Shown here piece by piece: positions 1 through 12,099 of a stretch of DNA of 64,000 nt (positions are counted from its first letter, which is position 1; each line of letters starts with the position of its first letter). Both the position numbers and the translations under genes were made by a program. The stretch is from Lytechinus pictus (taxonomy: Eukaryota): the NCBI RefSeq assembly GCF_037042905.1, contig NC_087252.1, forward strand, positions 2,482,001-2,546,000, in the 5' to 3' direction. The notes beneath the pieces were generated by a model. It saw only the letters and a list, made by a program, of their open reading frames with translations, did not search any database and had not been told where the DNA came from.

Positions 1-315
1 TTCTCTTAATATTACTCCAACACGTGGAATATCTACCGAATATATATATATACATTATATATTCCCGGCAGAGATATTTTTCGGCATCACCAATTTTTCC
101 AAAGGGTAGATAGCTCTGGGGAACCTTGATTTAAGCTACGCCTACCATTGTTCTCTTCATCCATTTCTTTACAATATTTAAATAAAAGAGTTGCCAAAGC
201 TGTTGTACATGTATAACTTCACACACATTGATTTTGTATACTTTCTCCCATACGTGTACTGTATCAAAGGTAGCTCTTTAAAGCTTTCGTATCCCCCAAA
301 ACTTTTACTCTCCAA

Positions 316-530
316 TTTCCATCAGCAAGAAATTTCTCCATGCTGTGTTTCACTGTACCCTGGTGCGGTAAACGGTTACTTGGTCGCAGTAATTCCTTAA
401 ATGCACTGAGTGCCGCTAATGGTATCTCGAGCTATAAAAGCCGGGGCAATAATAGTTGCGCCTTGTATTCTTTGTCAAATACCACTATTTCAATCCAGCA
501 TTTATTATTATTACTATTATTATTATTATT
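316..530 (+). mobile_element. 5'-truncated degenerate SINE (same family)
   Basis: cagcaagaaattt...taattcctt...aaagccgggg matches the core of the other copies and runs into (ATT)n. Confidence 0.65.
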
Positions 531-725
531 ATAATCATTCTTCTTCTTCTTTCTTCTTCTTCCTCTCCTTCTTCTTCTTCTTATTATCATTATTTTATGG
601 TTATTAATATCATTATTATTATCATTATTATTATTATTATTATTATTATCATTATTATTATTATCATTATTGTTATCATCATCATCATTATTGTTATTAT
701 TATTATCATCATCATCATTATTCTT
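501..725. repeat. Compound microsatellite (ATT/TTC/ATC)n
   Basis: Direct reading. Confidence 0.95.
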
Positions 726-819
726 ACTATTTTTAATTTTTGGAAGTTTTTGGAACAATTTCCTTTGTTTTTATGTTATATGTTATATGTATTTTGATGT
801 TTTATGTTTGTTTCATCAG

Positions 820-980
820 GCCATGGTCTGTCTAAGGATAATATGGCAAAAGAGAATTCTCTGCATCCTCGTGAGAAGCGATCTTCATCTTCATCTTCAT
901 CTTCATCTTCTTCTTCTTCATCATCTTCAGAATCTGATTCTGATTCAGCAGAGGTAACGACCGCCGCTCCCGCTCCTTAG
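820..980 (+). CDS. Terminal coding exon of secreted Ser-rich proprotein gene A (first exon probably upstream of the window)
   Basis: Acceptor tttgtttcatcAG|GC, phase 1. Reads (x)HGLSKDNMAKENSLHPREKR-S16-ESDSDSAEVTTAAPAP*; the R-E-K-R furin consensus precedes the poly-Ser. Same design as genes B and C. Confidence 0.7.
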
Positions 981-1987
981 TACTGATGACAGTGCAGACA
1001 GTGATACTAGCGATTAGCCATCATCTTGGTTCAAGGCAACTGCGGTGACTCAATGGATCCTTGAGGAACTCAATCTTAAAAGGCTCTTAACGGCTCATGT
1101 TAACTATATAACATGCCCCTCTCACTTTTAATAGCCCCCCCCCCCTCCCCTCTAAAGTGACACTACTCACGAGACAAAGCTCCTGCATGGATTCACATCC
1201 GGGATAGTTGTTTGATCATGTGGTTCACCCTTTTGACTCTTGGGTCGTATTGACCCGGAACCGGTCCGATGTGACCTCTTCATGGTCAGATCTTACCTTT
1301 TCCATGTCACATAGACAATTTTTCATGTCATTTTCAAGAAAATATTGTTAAAATATCCAAAATAAAAAATTTGTCAACTTCCTAATCCTCTTTTGGAATC
1401 AGACGACTAGTCAGACAATGCTTGCATAAAATTAGCCTTATTCCCCATCATTCATCTTCATAATTATACGCAATGAGTATATTTTTAATTAGTTTCATTT
1501 TGTTAACGAAATATGCCGTATTCATTCTTTTCTTTGGAGGGAGTTAGGGAGGGACTTTCTTTATCTTTCTCTCCCTCTATCTCTCTATTCTCTCTCTCTC
1601 TTTGCTGTTGGTTTTTTTCTTTATCCTGTATTCCAAGACACATATTAAGAACCGTATTAAGATTAAATTGAAGTTCAAACAGTTTGTCGTTTCTGAGAGT
1701 GTTGTTGTTGTGGTTGGATATGTACTTACATTCTTTTATTGTACCATGGATTGATTTATTTTTTCTTTACTGAAAATTTCTCATAGAAAATATCAATAAC
1801 GTATTTGGTATATCTAATACACTGTTTTAAGCACGTTGTTGAAGTCTTTCACTCTAAAAGTTCTTTAAATTTTCAACAAGTTGTTAAACAATGATTTAAA
1901 GTTTTGGCAATTGTTGTCAAAGTGAAGGGATTCATAAGCAACGTGCTTAATATTAAAAGAAAAGCATATAGGTTGTGTTTGCATGAT

Positions 1988-2249
1988 TTAAATGCAAAGT
2001 AGCTAATCTGGTCCCAAATCATACTCTTTTCAGAGTGAGATGAGGGATTAATCCTGATGGAATGAGATTTCAATCTATCAAGAGTGAATTTTTACCTTTT
2101 TTGCAGTGAAAGTGTAAAAAGGCACATTTTCAGTCGAAGAAGGTAAAAATTCACTCTTGAAAGACTGAAATCCCATTCCATAAGGGCTAGTCCATCATCT
2201 CACTCTAAGAGGAAAGTGAGAATGGTCCAGATTAGCTCCTTTGCATTTA
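1988..2249. repeat. Degenerate foldback (MITE-like) inverted repeat
   Basis: caagagtgaatttttacctt / aaggtaaaaattcactcttg, with arms extending about 110 bp. Confidence 0.75.
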
Positions 2250-2611
2250 GAGAGAATAGAATACATAATTTAGGGGCCGTTATAGTCTTACCTATTATTC
2301 ATAGTTTAGGAATATAATCCCTGTGTATACTGATAATATATTTTATCCGACAATTACCATAGTAACATTGCTTCTTAGTCCATCAAAATCACGGAAAGTT
2401 GTCAGATCTGACAACTTGTCGGACAAAATAGTTGATGAAACGCTCAACTGATTATCCATCAAGACACCCAATGCCGAAAGAGTTAAAAACAAACGCAACA
2501 TGAATTTCAACCAATCAAAACGAGCATTTGGGACATGTGATTGATTTCTTGCCTTGCCTTTAACATGTTTAAACGCAACTCTTTCTGTAACGAGCGCAAG
2601 GTGCGGCGTCA

Positions 2612-3062
2612 CACTGCAAATACACAGGTGTTGATTTTACATAAGCCCGGTATATATGTCGGAAAACAACAAGAAAGTGTTTTTAAAAACACCAGTTAAG
2701 AATAAAACCGATGTTGGTTTAACAAGGTTTGGTGTTCTTTAAATACCTATCTGGTGTTAGTATAAAGCTGAAGTTGTGCTGTTTCAACACCTCTTTGGTG
2801 TTTTCCTACACACTTAAAATGTTGGGCAACATACTGTCCACTGTAGTTGGTAATGTATGTTGGTTAAGAAGATATATATTCTGGGCAATTGTTATCTAAT
2901 TGAGCAAATTTATTACCCAATTGGACAGATTTTAACCAATAGTTTTGTGGACAGTATGTTGCCTAGTGATGGTTAGAAATTGGGTCCTTTTTTACCCAGC
3001 CTTTTAAAGAGTGTATATAGTTACCGAGCTGGTGTAAAATAAACACCGGTAATCTTGCAGTG
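2612..3062. mobile_element. CACT-terminus MITE containing a second nested MITE (2809-3013)
   Basis: CA|CACTGCAA...TTGCAGTG|CA. Inner element TA|CACACTTAAAA...TTTAAAGAGTG|TA. Confidence 0.8.
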
Positions 3063-3233
3063 CAGGATTTGAGGGGGGGAATACGATGTAGAGGTGACGT
3101 CATATCCTTTTCTTAATAGGTAAAAGAGTTACACTTCCCAAACCTATCGTCTTTATGTGTCTACTCTTCTTCTTACTTTCCCTTTCTCCTCCAGACCTTT
3201 CTTTTTGTCCCCTACTGTTTTCCCGGATTCCAT

Positions 3234-3390
3234 GACATTTGCTCCGGCGACAATTGCTCCGCTCTAGACCCCACACATTAATCGAATGACCAACTTCCCC
3301 CTACCCTAAACCTAACATAAAACCCTATATTGCAACCCTTACCCTACACCTTAAACAAAGCTGGGGCAATTGTCCGCAGGAGCAAATGTC
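3234..3390. mobile_element. Small MITE with internal CCCTAA-like repeats
   Basis: TIR gacatttgctcc..gacaattgc / gcaattgtc..ggagcaaatgtc. Confidence 0.7.
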
Positions 3391-4034
3391 GTGTCACTTT
3401 GTCGGTATCTATATACAGTGAGTCTCGGGGGGGGGGGGGGGAACAAAAAACAAAACTTAGAAGAAAGTTCAATATCTGCTAATAGAGTACCGAAGTGTGA
3501 CGTCACTGTCATGACAACGAACCGACTGGTTCTAAACAGAGTCGCAGCTGACGATCGTCTATACGCATTTGTATTTGCAAAAAAAATACCATCATTCTGA
3601 TGTTGCAAGCGAGGGAAATTCCGTTAGCAGCCATTTTCTCCTATGAGAAACACGATCCGGATTAATTTGTTTGAAACCAGGCCGCCATGACACCATTGCA
3701 ACTGACGTCATCGCTTCGGAACTCTATAACTAAATGGATAAACATGTTCCCCCTTGAAATGATGCTTGAAATTCCATAACTTATCATACCAAGACGTTTT
3801 ACATGCTGTCTTTCGGACCTACCAATTCTTCCTAATGTTTGTCAATGCATAAACTTTGTTATTGATCATGACCAGGCATGCCTATTTATTGGTAATCGCT
3901 ATTTTGAAGCAATGGTTTCTATGACGCACAAGACTAGGAAGCGAATGAATTATTCTCAGTAAGTTGTGCGCCATTTAGAAGTATCAAGGAGCAAAGAAAT
4001 TTCATCAATTTATCGTACAAAGTGTCAGGCGATA

Positions 4035-4290
4035 CACTCTAAAAAAATCTTTACCCAATATTGGGTAAAATGGGAACGTGCATGTTTGTTGTGTAAAAAG
4101 ATACCAAATATTTTGTAAGTTTTACCAGGGACGTCTCCCTCTCACGTCCCTGGTTTTACGCAATGTTGCGTTGAAATTTATCCTTCAAACATGCATTTTG
4201 CCCAATATTGAGAGAAAAAATAACCGGCAAACATGCATGTTCCCTTTTTACCCAAAATTTGGAAAAATTTTACTTTCTATTTTTAAAGTG
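4035..4290. mobile_element. CACT-terminus palindromic MITE
   Basis: TA|CACTCTAAAA...TTTTAAAGTG|TA with internal inverted arms. Confidence 0.75.
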
Positions 4291-6134
4291 TATTATGGAG
4301 CTCAAAATTGAAGATGATTACAACTATTGGATTCATATTTTTTGTATAATACAAAGACAAAAAAGAAGGCTTCAAAAACGTCAAAAATGTCCTCACACCC
4401 CCCCCCCCCCACTTCTATTCTCGTTCACCCTTGAATATAATTTTGACAGTTTCTTTCTGGTTCCAGTGCTACAAACTAGTTCGACGAAATTTGTTCAACT
4501 TGTTTAACAAAATTTAGAATTTTGGTGTTAATTCATCAGTATTTTAACACTTTAATATCAAACATAAGTAAATGAATCAGCAAATAAATAGATTAATAAG
4601 CAAATAAATGGATAAATAAATACAATTATGATTGAATTAATAAATTAGTAAACAATCAAGGAAAAAGAAATTGTGAGAATTGGGGGCTAAATCGAAGGAA
4701 AACCCTCGACTATAATTGTTTTATTTGAAAAGAAAAACAAAAGTGAACAACAATGAATCAAAGACAGTATAAATGGTAGTGTTCAGTTGGTAAATATTTT
4801 GCTTGATGACGAACAAACATCCAATCGTTTCATCAGCATTGATAAGTGGTAATACAATTAATTAAAAAGTAAACGACATTGGAGAGCATCTTTACGTCAC
4901 AATAATAAGCCTTAAATATTCTCTTTGGATACATTTTCGTAATTTTTTAATATTACATATATTATTTTTCTCATGTTTTGTACAGTTGATGAAAACAAAC
5001 AATAATACCAAGCATAAAGCATTAAAAGCTAATTGCGAATCCAGGGTTTATGGGGGGGGGGAGGGGTATTGCACAGAATGTGGGTCGCCTTATTTTTCGG
5101 TACCCCCCCCCCCCCCCTTCTTACAAAAAATCGAACTAGGGCCTCCCATATACTCTGACATTTTTAAAGATAATATGAAAAAACAGGTACAATTCCGCGA
5201 TATCTGATCCTCCCTTGATGTACATCTGATAGTCATTGTTTAACTACACATTTTCAAAAAGAAAGGAAACATGAAGTATTTTCAGGAGGAAATGATATAA
5301 GTGAACATGATGAATGAGGTGGACTAATTATAAACAGTTCTAATGAAATATCTTTCAATGCGTTTTTTCCTTATTCTTATTTTCATTTCTTCTTTTTTCT
5401 CTTAAACATTCAAGTTCTAATTTTTATCGACATGACAACCATAGGGGGTGGTTGTCTTTCTCCCAGCCCCGCCCGATCCCTCTATAAGTCACAAGCTATG
5501 AAGGTCGGTTCATAATTATGGTCAAGATGACGGTAATCAAAGAATAAAACAAATCATCTATACACATTATTGTGGAATGCGTCAATTTGTAAGAATAGCG
5601 ATAACAAATATAAACAAAAAGAAATGCCTCATCGTGGTTTTGCATGGTATGTTTATTTTTAATTATTTTCTATTTTTAATTAGTATGCATACAGTACCAT
5701 CATCAAAAACGTTTACACTTTCATCTAATTTTGAGATTATTGTTCATGCATGAATCCTGTTTCCGGGAGGTAATTAGCTTCCTGGAGTAGGGTTTTCTTC
5801 CGTGATCTCTTTAATTAGCATGCAAAAACAAATCGGTATTCCATTGCTAACATTCCGCAAAATATTAAAATACATTCTTCTAGAATTAGATTCAGTTCCT
5901 TGAACCCCGTTGATACGTAATCAATATTTTGTTTGCATTATGTGCATTTTCCAATTCTTAATCAAATAGAGGTATCCTACTGAAAGCTAGGCTGTGTTAT
6001 ATATTTAACTAGAAAATGTTACAAGAAATATTTATTGTTGTTGTCTTCCAATTAGTAGAACCTGACCTGCTGAATGTTTATGCGAATCTTTCTGGAGTAT
6101 GGAAGACATTAAAGTTGTTTTGGTAGACCTTTAA

Positions 6135-6867
6135 AGGGGTACTCCGGGTGAAAAATAATTATATTTTAATGAATAGAGTAACATTCACTGAGAAAATGCT
6201 GAAAGTTTCATTCAAATCTGATAACAAATAAAGGAGTTATTGAATTTTAAAAGCTGTTTTATTTTGTGAAAACAGTTGTAGGCAGGCCTCATGAATATTC
6301 ATTAGGCGGGCTGATGATGTCATATCCCCACTTTCCAAGATACCAAGGTTTTTAGGTATTCGAAATAAAAATTTGAATAAGCATAATGTCATGTAAAATA
6401 AAATGCAAAAGAACAAGTCGGGAAATGACTTCATCATTTTGCTCATTGAATATTCATGAAGACATCCATAGAACTGTTACACACTCTAAAAGATATTGGG
6501 TAAAACTGCTCCATGAGGATAATTATGTGTCCAGCCAACATTGGACATTTCTTTTGGGCATTTTTATTTATCCAGTGTGATGAAAAATTTGCCTATTCTA
6601 AAGTACTTGCTGCTTATTTTTTAACCTTACTGGACAATACGCTTCCCGCATTGGGTAAAATACTGCCCAAAATTGGTTGGACACATAATCACCCTCATGC
6701 TGGTATTTTACCCAATATTTTTTTTACAGTGCACTGAAATAAAACAAACCATTAAAATGTCATGACTTTGTTATTCCTTTCCGATTCTTATTAAATTTTC
6801 TGTGTTGCGTTTGTCTGATGTTTATTTATCTGTTCAAATCATATTATTTTCGGCCTGGAGTACCCCT
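6135..6867. mobile_element. Kolobok/T2-type MITE with a nested CACT-type MITE
   Basis: TTAA|AGGGGTACTCC...GGAGTACCCCT|TTAA. Nested element at 6482-6731. Confidence 0.85.
6482..6731. mobile_element. CACT-terminus MITE (CMC/EnSpm-like), 2-bp TSD CA
   Basis: CA|CACTCTAAAAGATATTGGGTAAAA...TTTACCCAATATTTTTTTTACAGTG|CA. Confidence 0.8.
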
Positions 6868-7234
6868 TTAAGTTCTTCTATAAAACTGGAAGAGATACGA
6901 AGTGGTAGAACTTAAAGTATAACACATACAGCCCGTTGCAGAACATGCAGAAAGAGTTGTGATCAAACGCAACTCAAAAATTCTTGAGCAACTTGATTTT
7001 CAGCCAATGAAGCACCCATATTCGTGACTTGCGCTTGGTGTTTTGACTTGCGTTTAAACGCAACTCTTTCTGCAACAGGCCCTGAGTATGATATGGTAGG
7101 CTTTAAAGTTGTAGTAAAACTGGCAGGACCGGATGTGGCAGACCTTAAAAATGCATTACCATTATTACGGTTAGAAGTACGGTTGCAGTCAAAATGCAGT
7201 TACAGGCCAAATGTCGCATGTTGCATGTCCTAAC

Positions 7235-7476
7235 CTAGGCAGGGGAAGGAGGACCGATCATTGTTGTCATGGTTGTGGTAGAGGCAGTTGTAGGTGTTGC
7301 GGTGGTGGTCGTCGTTGTTGTTGTTGTTGTCGGTGCTGGTGGTTGAACTATTTCTTCAGATGAGCTAGATGAGCTAGATGAGCTCGATGAGCTCGATGAA
7401 GAACTAGATGATGAGCTAGATGATGAGCTAGAGTCACTCCTTCTGTCCCTCGCCTGCCAATGCCCCAGACTTCTCG
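7235..7476 (-). CDS. Gene B exon 2: propiece, furin site, 25-Ser run, Thr-rich tail
   Basis: Acceptor ttttttttcattctgatttaaAG|CG, phase 1. Reads (A)RSLGHWQARDRR-SD-S25-EEIVQPPAPTTTTTTTTTTATPTTASTTTMTTMIGPPSPA*. The Ser run mixes TCN and AGY codons. Confidence 0.8.
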
Positions 7477-7897
7477 CTTTAAATCAGAATGAAAAAAAAA
7501 AATCAAACATAAGATCACACAGTGATCGCAGAGGCAGATCAACCAAATTTTAATGTCGGGTATGCTAACCTCACATTCACTTTGTTTTATTTTAGATTAA
7601 AAAGAGAAAATCTACCCCCCCCCCTTTCTACTCCCCCCCCCCCTATTGGCACGAATACATACGGTATACATGGTTACTAATTATCTTTTTCATTTGACTT
7701 GTACTTCCTGAAAATCGATTTTGTTGAAAACACCAAATATTTTAGCAAAATTCTATGCCATATATATTTTTTGTTAATATTCAAGTTTACTTTTTTTATT
7801 TCATTTCTCAACTCGATGATACAGCATATGAAATAATTACACAGATATAAAATGATAACCGTACAAATCAATACAAATGAATACACATTGAATATAC

Positions 7898-8069
7898 TGA
7901 TGACGACCAGAACACGCTGGTTGAAATGTCGGTAACAGTTCTTTTCAGAGCTAACATATATTCAAGAAAGAATAACAAACAGTCCTAAAGTTTCAGGATT
8001 ACATACATGGTGTTTACCGTAAAATCTTTTAATATTCTCTCCACCATGGAAACCTTCAAAGATCATCTA
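7898..8069 (+). mobile_element. Penelope-like pLTR remnant with degenerate hammerhead core
   Basis: CTGATGA-c-gaccag/aacacg/ctggtt-GAAA-tgtc at the 5' edge. Flanked by the 13-bp direct repeat ACATTGAATATAC (7885-7897, 8070-8082). Confidence 0.65.
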
Positions 8070-8085
8070 ACATTGAATATACATA

Positions 8086-8127
<42 letters not shown>

Positions 8128-8128
<1 letters not shown>

Positions 8129-11100
8129 TGCGCCTCCGTAGAGATAGCCTCTTTCATTTAGGGCTCTGTTCATTTTGTTGATTTTTTGCCTTATTTTGAG
8201 GTTACCTTGAATTTAGTTGTTAACACTGCATTCTGTATATGTCAAGGATCTTGCTAGACTTTTTTTATTCAATATTTTGGTGAGTAAGCTTAGTATTGAG
8301 AAGTTGTATTTTATGTACCATATCTGAACTTGCTCAACACTGCCATTTTCAGTGTCCTGTGTTACACTCATGCCTCTATTCACTGTCTATTTTACTTATT
8401 GTTCAGGCAGTTTAGTTTGTACTTCACTTCTGCCTCTTTAATCACAGACAGTAGTGACATTCCATCTACAATGGAGGGGATTAAATTCCTTAGGTTCTTC
8501 TTTGGTGTATCATTGATTGTATTTCTTTTGAATGTTAACCATGTATTCACTCTGCCTTCTGATGCCAGAGATACCTATTCATGTTCTGTTATTCCTGTAT
8601 ACAGGCATCTGAAGTACTGTAGTAGGCCTATTGCTTACTATAGCAATACAAGTGCCTGTTTTCAGTTAGCCATTTTACTATCAGGTGATATTCATATGAA
8701 TCCAGGCCCACGCTATGATGTTGATTCATTTAAATCTACTAATGAATATTGTAACAGTTCACAGTCAGATCGTATTCAATATGATGTTCTCACTCTCCAT
8801 CAGTTAGATAGGAAGCCTTCTCATCATCTTCCTCTGACTGTTTGGAAAAGGATTTGTGACCTTGGTATCCGCCGACATGGTCCTACTCATCGCGGACACA
8901 GGCGTATGGTCTCAAGGCCGCATCCCCTTCCTTCGAGGCCTACTGGTACTCGTTTAGGTTTATGGAATGCACGATCCTTGACAAACAAGATTGATGTAGT
9001 GACTTCTTTGATCATAGATAATGATATTGATGTATTAGTTATCACTGAGTCTTGGTTTTCAGGTGATCACAGAGATGACCCTACTCTTGCGCAGTTGAAA
9101 TTGTCCCTTCCAAATTACAACATTATCAATCGTCCCAGGAAGACTAGGGGAGGAGGTATATGTGTCCTCTACAGGTCCACAGCACGCTGTGTTGTAAATG
9201 AAACCTTTAATTGTTCCTCATTTGAATTTTTGGATCTAACCGTCCATCTTACCCCATCATCTCCTGTTAAATTGTATTGCATTTACCGCCCACCCCAATC
9301 CTCCCGGCACACTTTTTCAAGTGGTGATTTTCTTGAAGAGTTTCTCACTCTTCTGGAAAGTGCTGCTGTGGATGTTCATCCTCCTATTCTTCTTGGTGAC
9401 TTTAATATTCACGTGGATGATTCTTCAGACAATTTTGCTAGATCTTTTCTTAATGGAGTGGAAGCCCTTGGATTCAAACAACACATCAACGGGCCTACAC
9501 ACAAGGCTGGTCATACACTCGACCTTGTCCTTAGTAGAAATTCGGAAGATATTATCTCCCAGCATAGCATTTTACCATCTCTGCCATCTGATCACTCTGC
9601 TATTATATGTACTATTAATCTCAAAGGGCCCCAAAACCCCAAGAAGAAAGTGACTTTCAGGAAACTTTCTAACATTGACCCTAAATCTTTTAGTCTGGAT
9701 GTTAAAGATGTCTTAGATTCCTCTCAATTTCCATCTTGCCCATCTGAGGCTGCTTCTCTGTATAACGACTGTCTTGGTAAACTGATGGACAAGCACGCCC
9801 CTCTGCAGACTGTGACTGTTACAGTTAGACCAAAAGCTCCCTGGTTCTCTGCTGAAATTAGGGAGGCACGGCGACTGAGGCGACGCGCAGAACGTCGAAT
9901 GATGAAGTCTGGCCTGCAGTTTGATAAGACATTATATGCGAAACTTACTACAATCTCCTCACTGATGCCAAATCAAAATACTTTAGATATGAAATCGCTA
10001 ACGCCGACTCCAAACAACTATTCAGTATTGTACAGAAACTCACCACCCCCTCTCAGTCCTCCATTTATCCTGAACACTCATCTGCTTCTGATCTCGCCAA
10101 CAAATTCAGTGAATTCTTTAGCAAGAGGATCAGTGATATTGTGTCCTCTTTTGCACCTGACGTTCCTAGTGATCAACAACATCCTGTGGGCTCTTTGAAT
10201 TGCAAACTGAGTGAGTTTACTCCAGTGACTGAAGTTCAACTTCGCCATCTCATCAAGTCATTACCACCGAAGTTCTGCAGTCTTGATCCTTTTCCAACTT
10301 GGTTGCTCAAAGACTGTATTGATGAACTTCTACCGCTTCTCATAAACATTATCAATTCATCACTCACAACAGGTGTTGTCCCTGAATCATTCAAATCATC
10401 ACTAGTTCTTCCTCTGTTGAAAAAGCCCAATCTTGATCCGAATGACTTTGGCAATTATCGCCCTATCGCCAACCTGCCATTTGTTAGCAAGGTTTTGGAG
10501 AGAATCGTCGCATCCCAGCTCATGTGCTATGTGGACAGTCATCATTTGCTTCCTGAGAAGCAGTCAGCATATCGCAACTTTCATTCAACAGAAACGGCTC
10601 TCTTGAAAGTACTCAACGATCTACTGCTTACCGTCGACAAGGGTAACGAAGCTGCACTCCTTCTACTGGACTATTCTGCGGCGTTTGACACTTTAGACCA
10701 CTCAGTGTTGCTCCAGCGTCTTGCACATGACTACTCCATTACCGGAACGGCTCTAAATTGGATTGAGTCATACCTGCAAGATCGTACTCAGCGGGTGATT
10801 ATCAATGGAACTTTCTCAGCACCTTTCGCTTTGAGCTGCGGAGTCCCCCAAGGTTCTGTTGTGGGCCCTCTCCTATTTCTTCTGTACACTGGTCCTCTCG
10901 CAAAAATTATCACTAGCCATCGGGGTGTGAGTTATGCCATGTATGCAGATGACACGCAAATCTACGTATCCATGGCATCCGACCAGAAGACATATGCTGT
11001 TAATCTACTGAGTGACTGCCTCAAGGACATCAAGGTCTGGTCAGCGAAGAACAGACTCCGTCTCAACGAAGCCAAATCAGAACTGGTACATCTTTCTTCG

Positions 11101-11776
11101 CAATTTAGAGCTACGGAGCCTCTGCCAGACTTCAATATGGGAGAGGGCATACTTAAGATGTCTGACTCTGTCAAAGACCTTGGTGTCACTTTAGACAAGC
11201 ACCTTACCCTCCAGCCACATATCAGGAACATCTGCAAATCAGCATCATGGGGTTTATTTAGGATTGGTAAGGTCAGGCGACTACTCGACCAAGCCTCTAC
11301 TGAAAAACTCATTCATGCCTTCGTCTCATCCCATCTAGACTATTGCAACTCCCTCTTTGCCGGCCTCCCAATTTCTTCCATCTCTCCCCTCCAGCGAATC
11401 CTCAACACTGCAGCGAGAATGGTAACCTTGAGCAAGAAACACGAACACATCACCCCTATTCTCCGATCACTTCATTGGCTTCCGGTTCACTCTCGCATAA
11501 CGTTCAAAATTCTACTCATTGCATACAAAATTACCCATAATATGTCACCCAAATATCTCCAAGACCTTATTTCCCTTCGTTCTTCCTCTTCTGTCAGATC
11601 CTTACGTTCATCATATTCCAATAATTTAATTCATGGCCCTCGCACTAAGACCCGATATGGTGATCGTGCATTTTCTGTAATTGCTCCCACCCTCTGGAAT
11701 AAACTCCCAATTCATATCCAAAATGCTCCCTCCGTAGAAATTTTCAAATCGTCACTTAAAGCTCACCTTTTCTCAT

Positions 11777-11808
<32 letters not shown>

Positions 11809-11925
11809 CTCCCCCTTTTTTTCCGACCGATTGACTGTATATTATTATAATCTGCCAACCTGTGCGCTTTGAAACACCAGTATAAAGCGCCCTACAAATG
11901 TTATTATTATTATTATTATTATTAT
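8128..11925 (+). mobile_element. L2/CR1-group non-LTR retrotransposon, near full length, single ORF, in the intron of gene B (antisense to it)
   Basis: APE endonuclease motifs (WNARSL, ITESW, GDFNIH, GHTLDL, SDH), RT motifs (YRPIANL, AFDT, GVPQGSVVGP, YADDTQ), HITPILRSLHWLPV C-terminus, 3' stem-loop GCGCTTT..AAAGCGC (11864-11890) and (TTA)n tail. Confidence 0.95.
8471..11778 (+). pseudogene. LINE endonuclease-reverse transcriptase ORF with a single frameshift at about 9937
   Basis: The first frame reads ...LQFDKTLY. The second continues CETYYNLLTDAKSKYF... into ORF 10141-11778. No other disruption seen. Confidence 0.9.
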
Positions 11926-12099
11926 ACTTGAACCAATATATTTTATGCATTTACACACACTTTTCTTACTTAGCTGAACCTTAAAAATGATGATCCACCA
12001 AACATAATCAGAGTATACCACCTTGCCCCTAACATAGCAACATTAAAATAATATGGAATAACAGTTTGTTGGGTTAAAAGCTTTTTTGGAAATAACACG

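Noticed and set aside
410..797. ORFs with poly-Y/N/I/L
   Set aside because: Translations of the ATT/TTC/ATC microsatellite.
670..957. 95-aa ORF with LHLHLH
   Set aside because: Wrong frame over the gene A exon. The REKR-poly-Ser frame follows the acceptor.
7348..7542. Minus-strand ORF with AHHLAHHL repeats (His-rich peptide)
   Set aside because: Alternative frame of gene B exon 2. The Ser frame fits the splice phase, signal exon and furin site.
8330..8470. Upstream extension of the LINE ORF
   Set aside because: Starts at TTG. The first ATG is at 8471.
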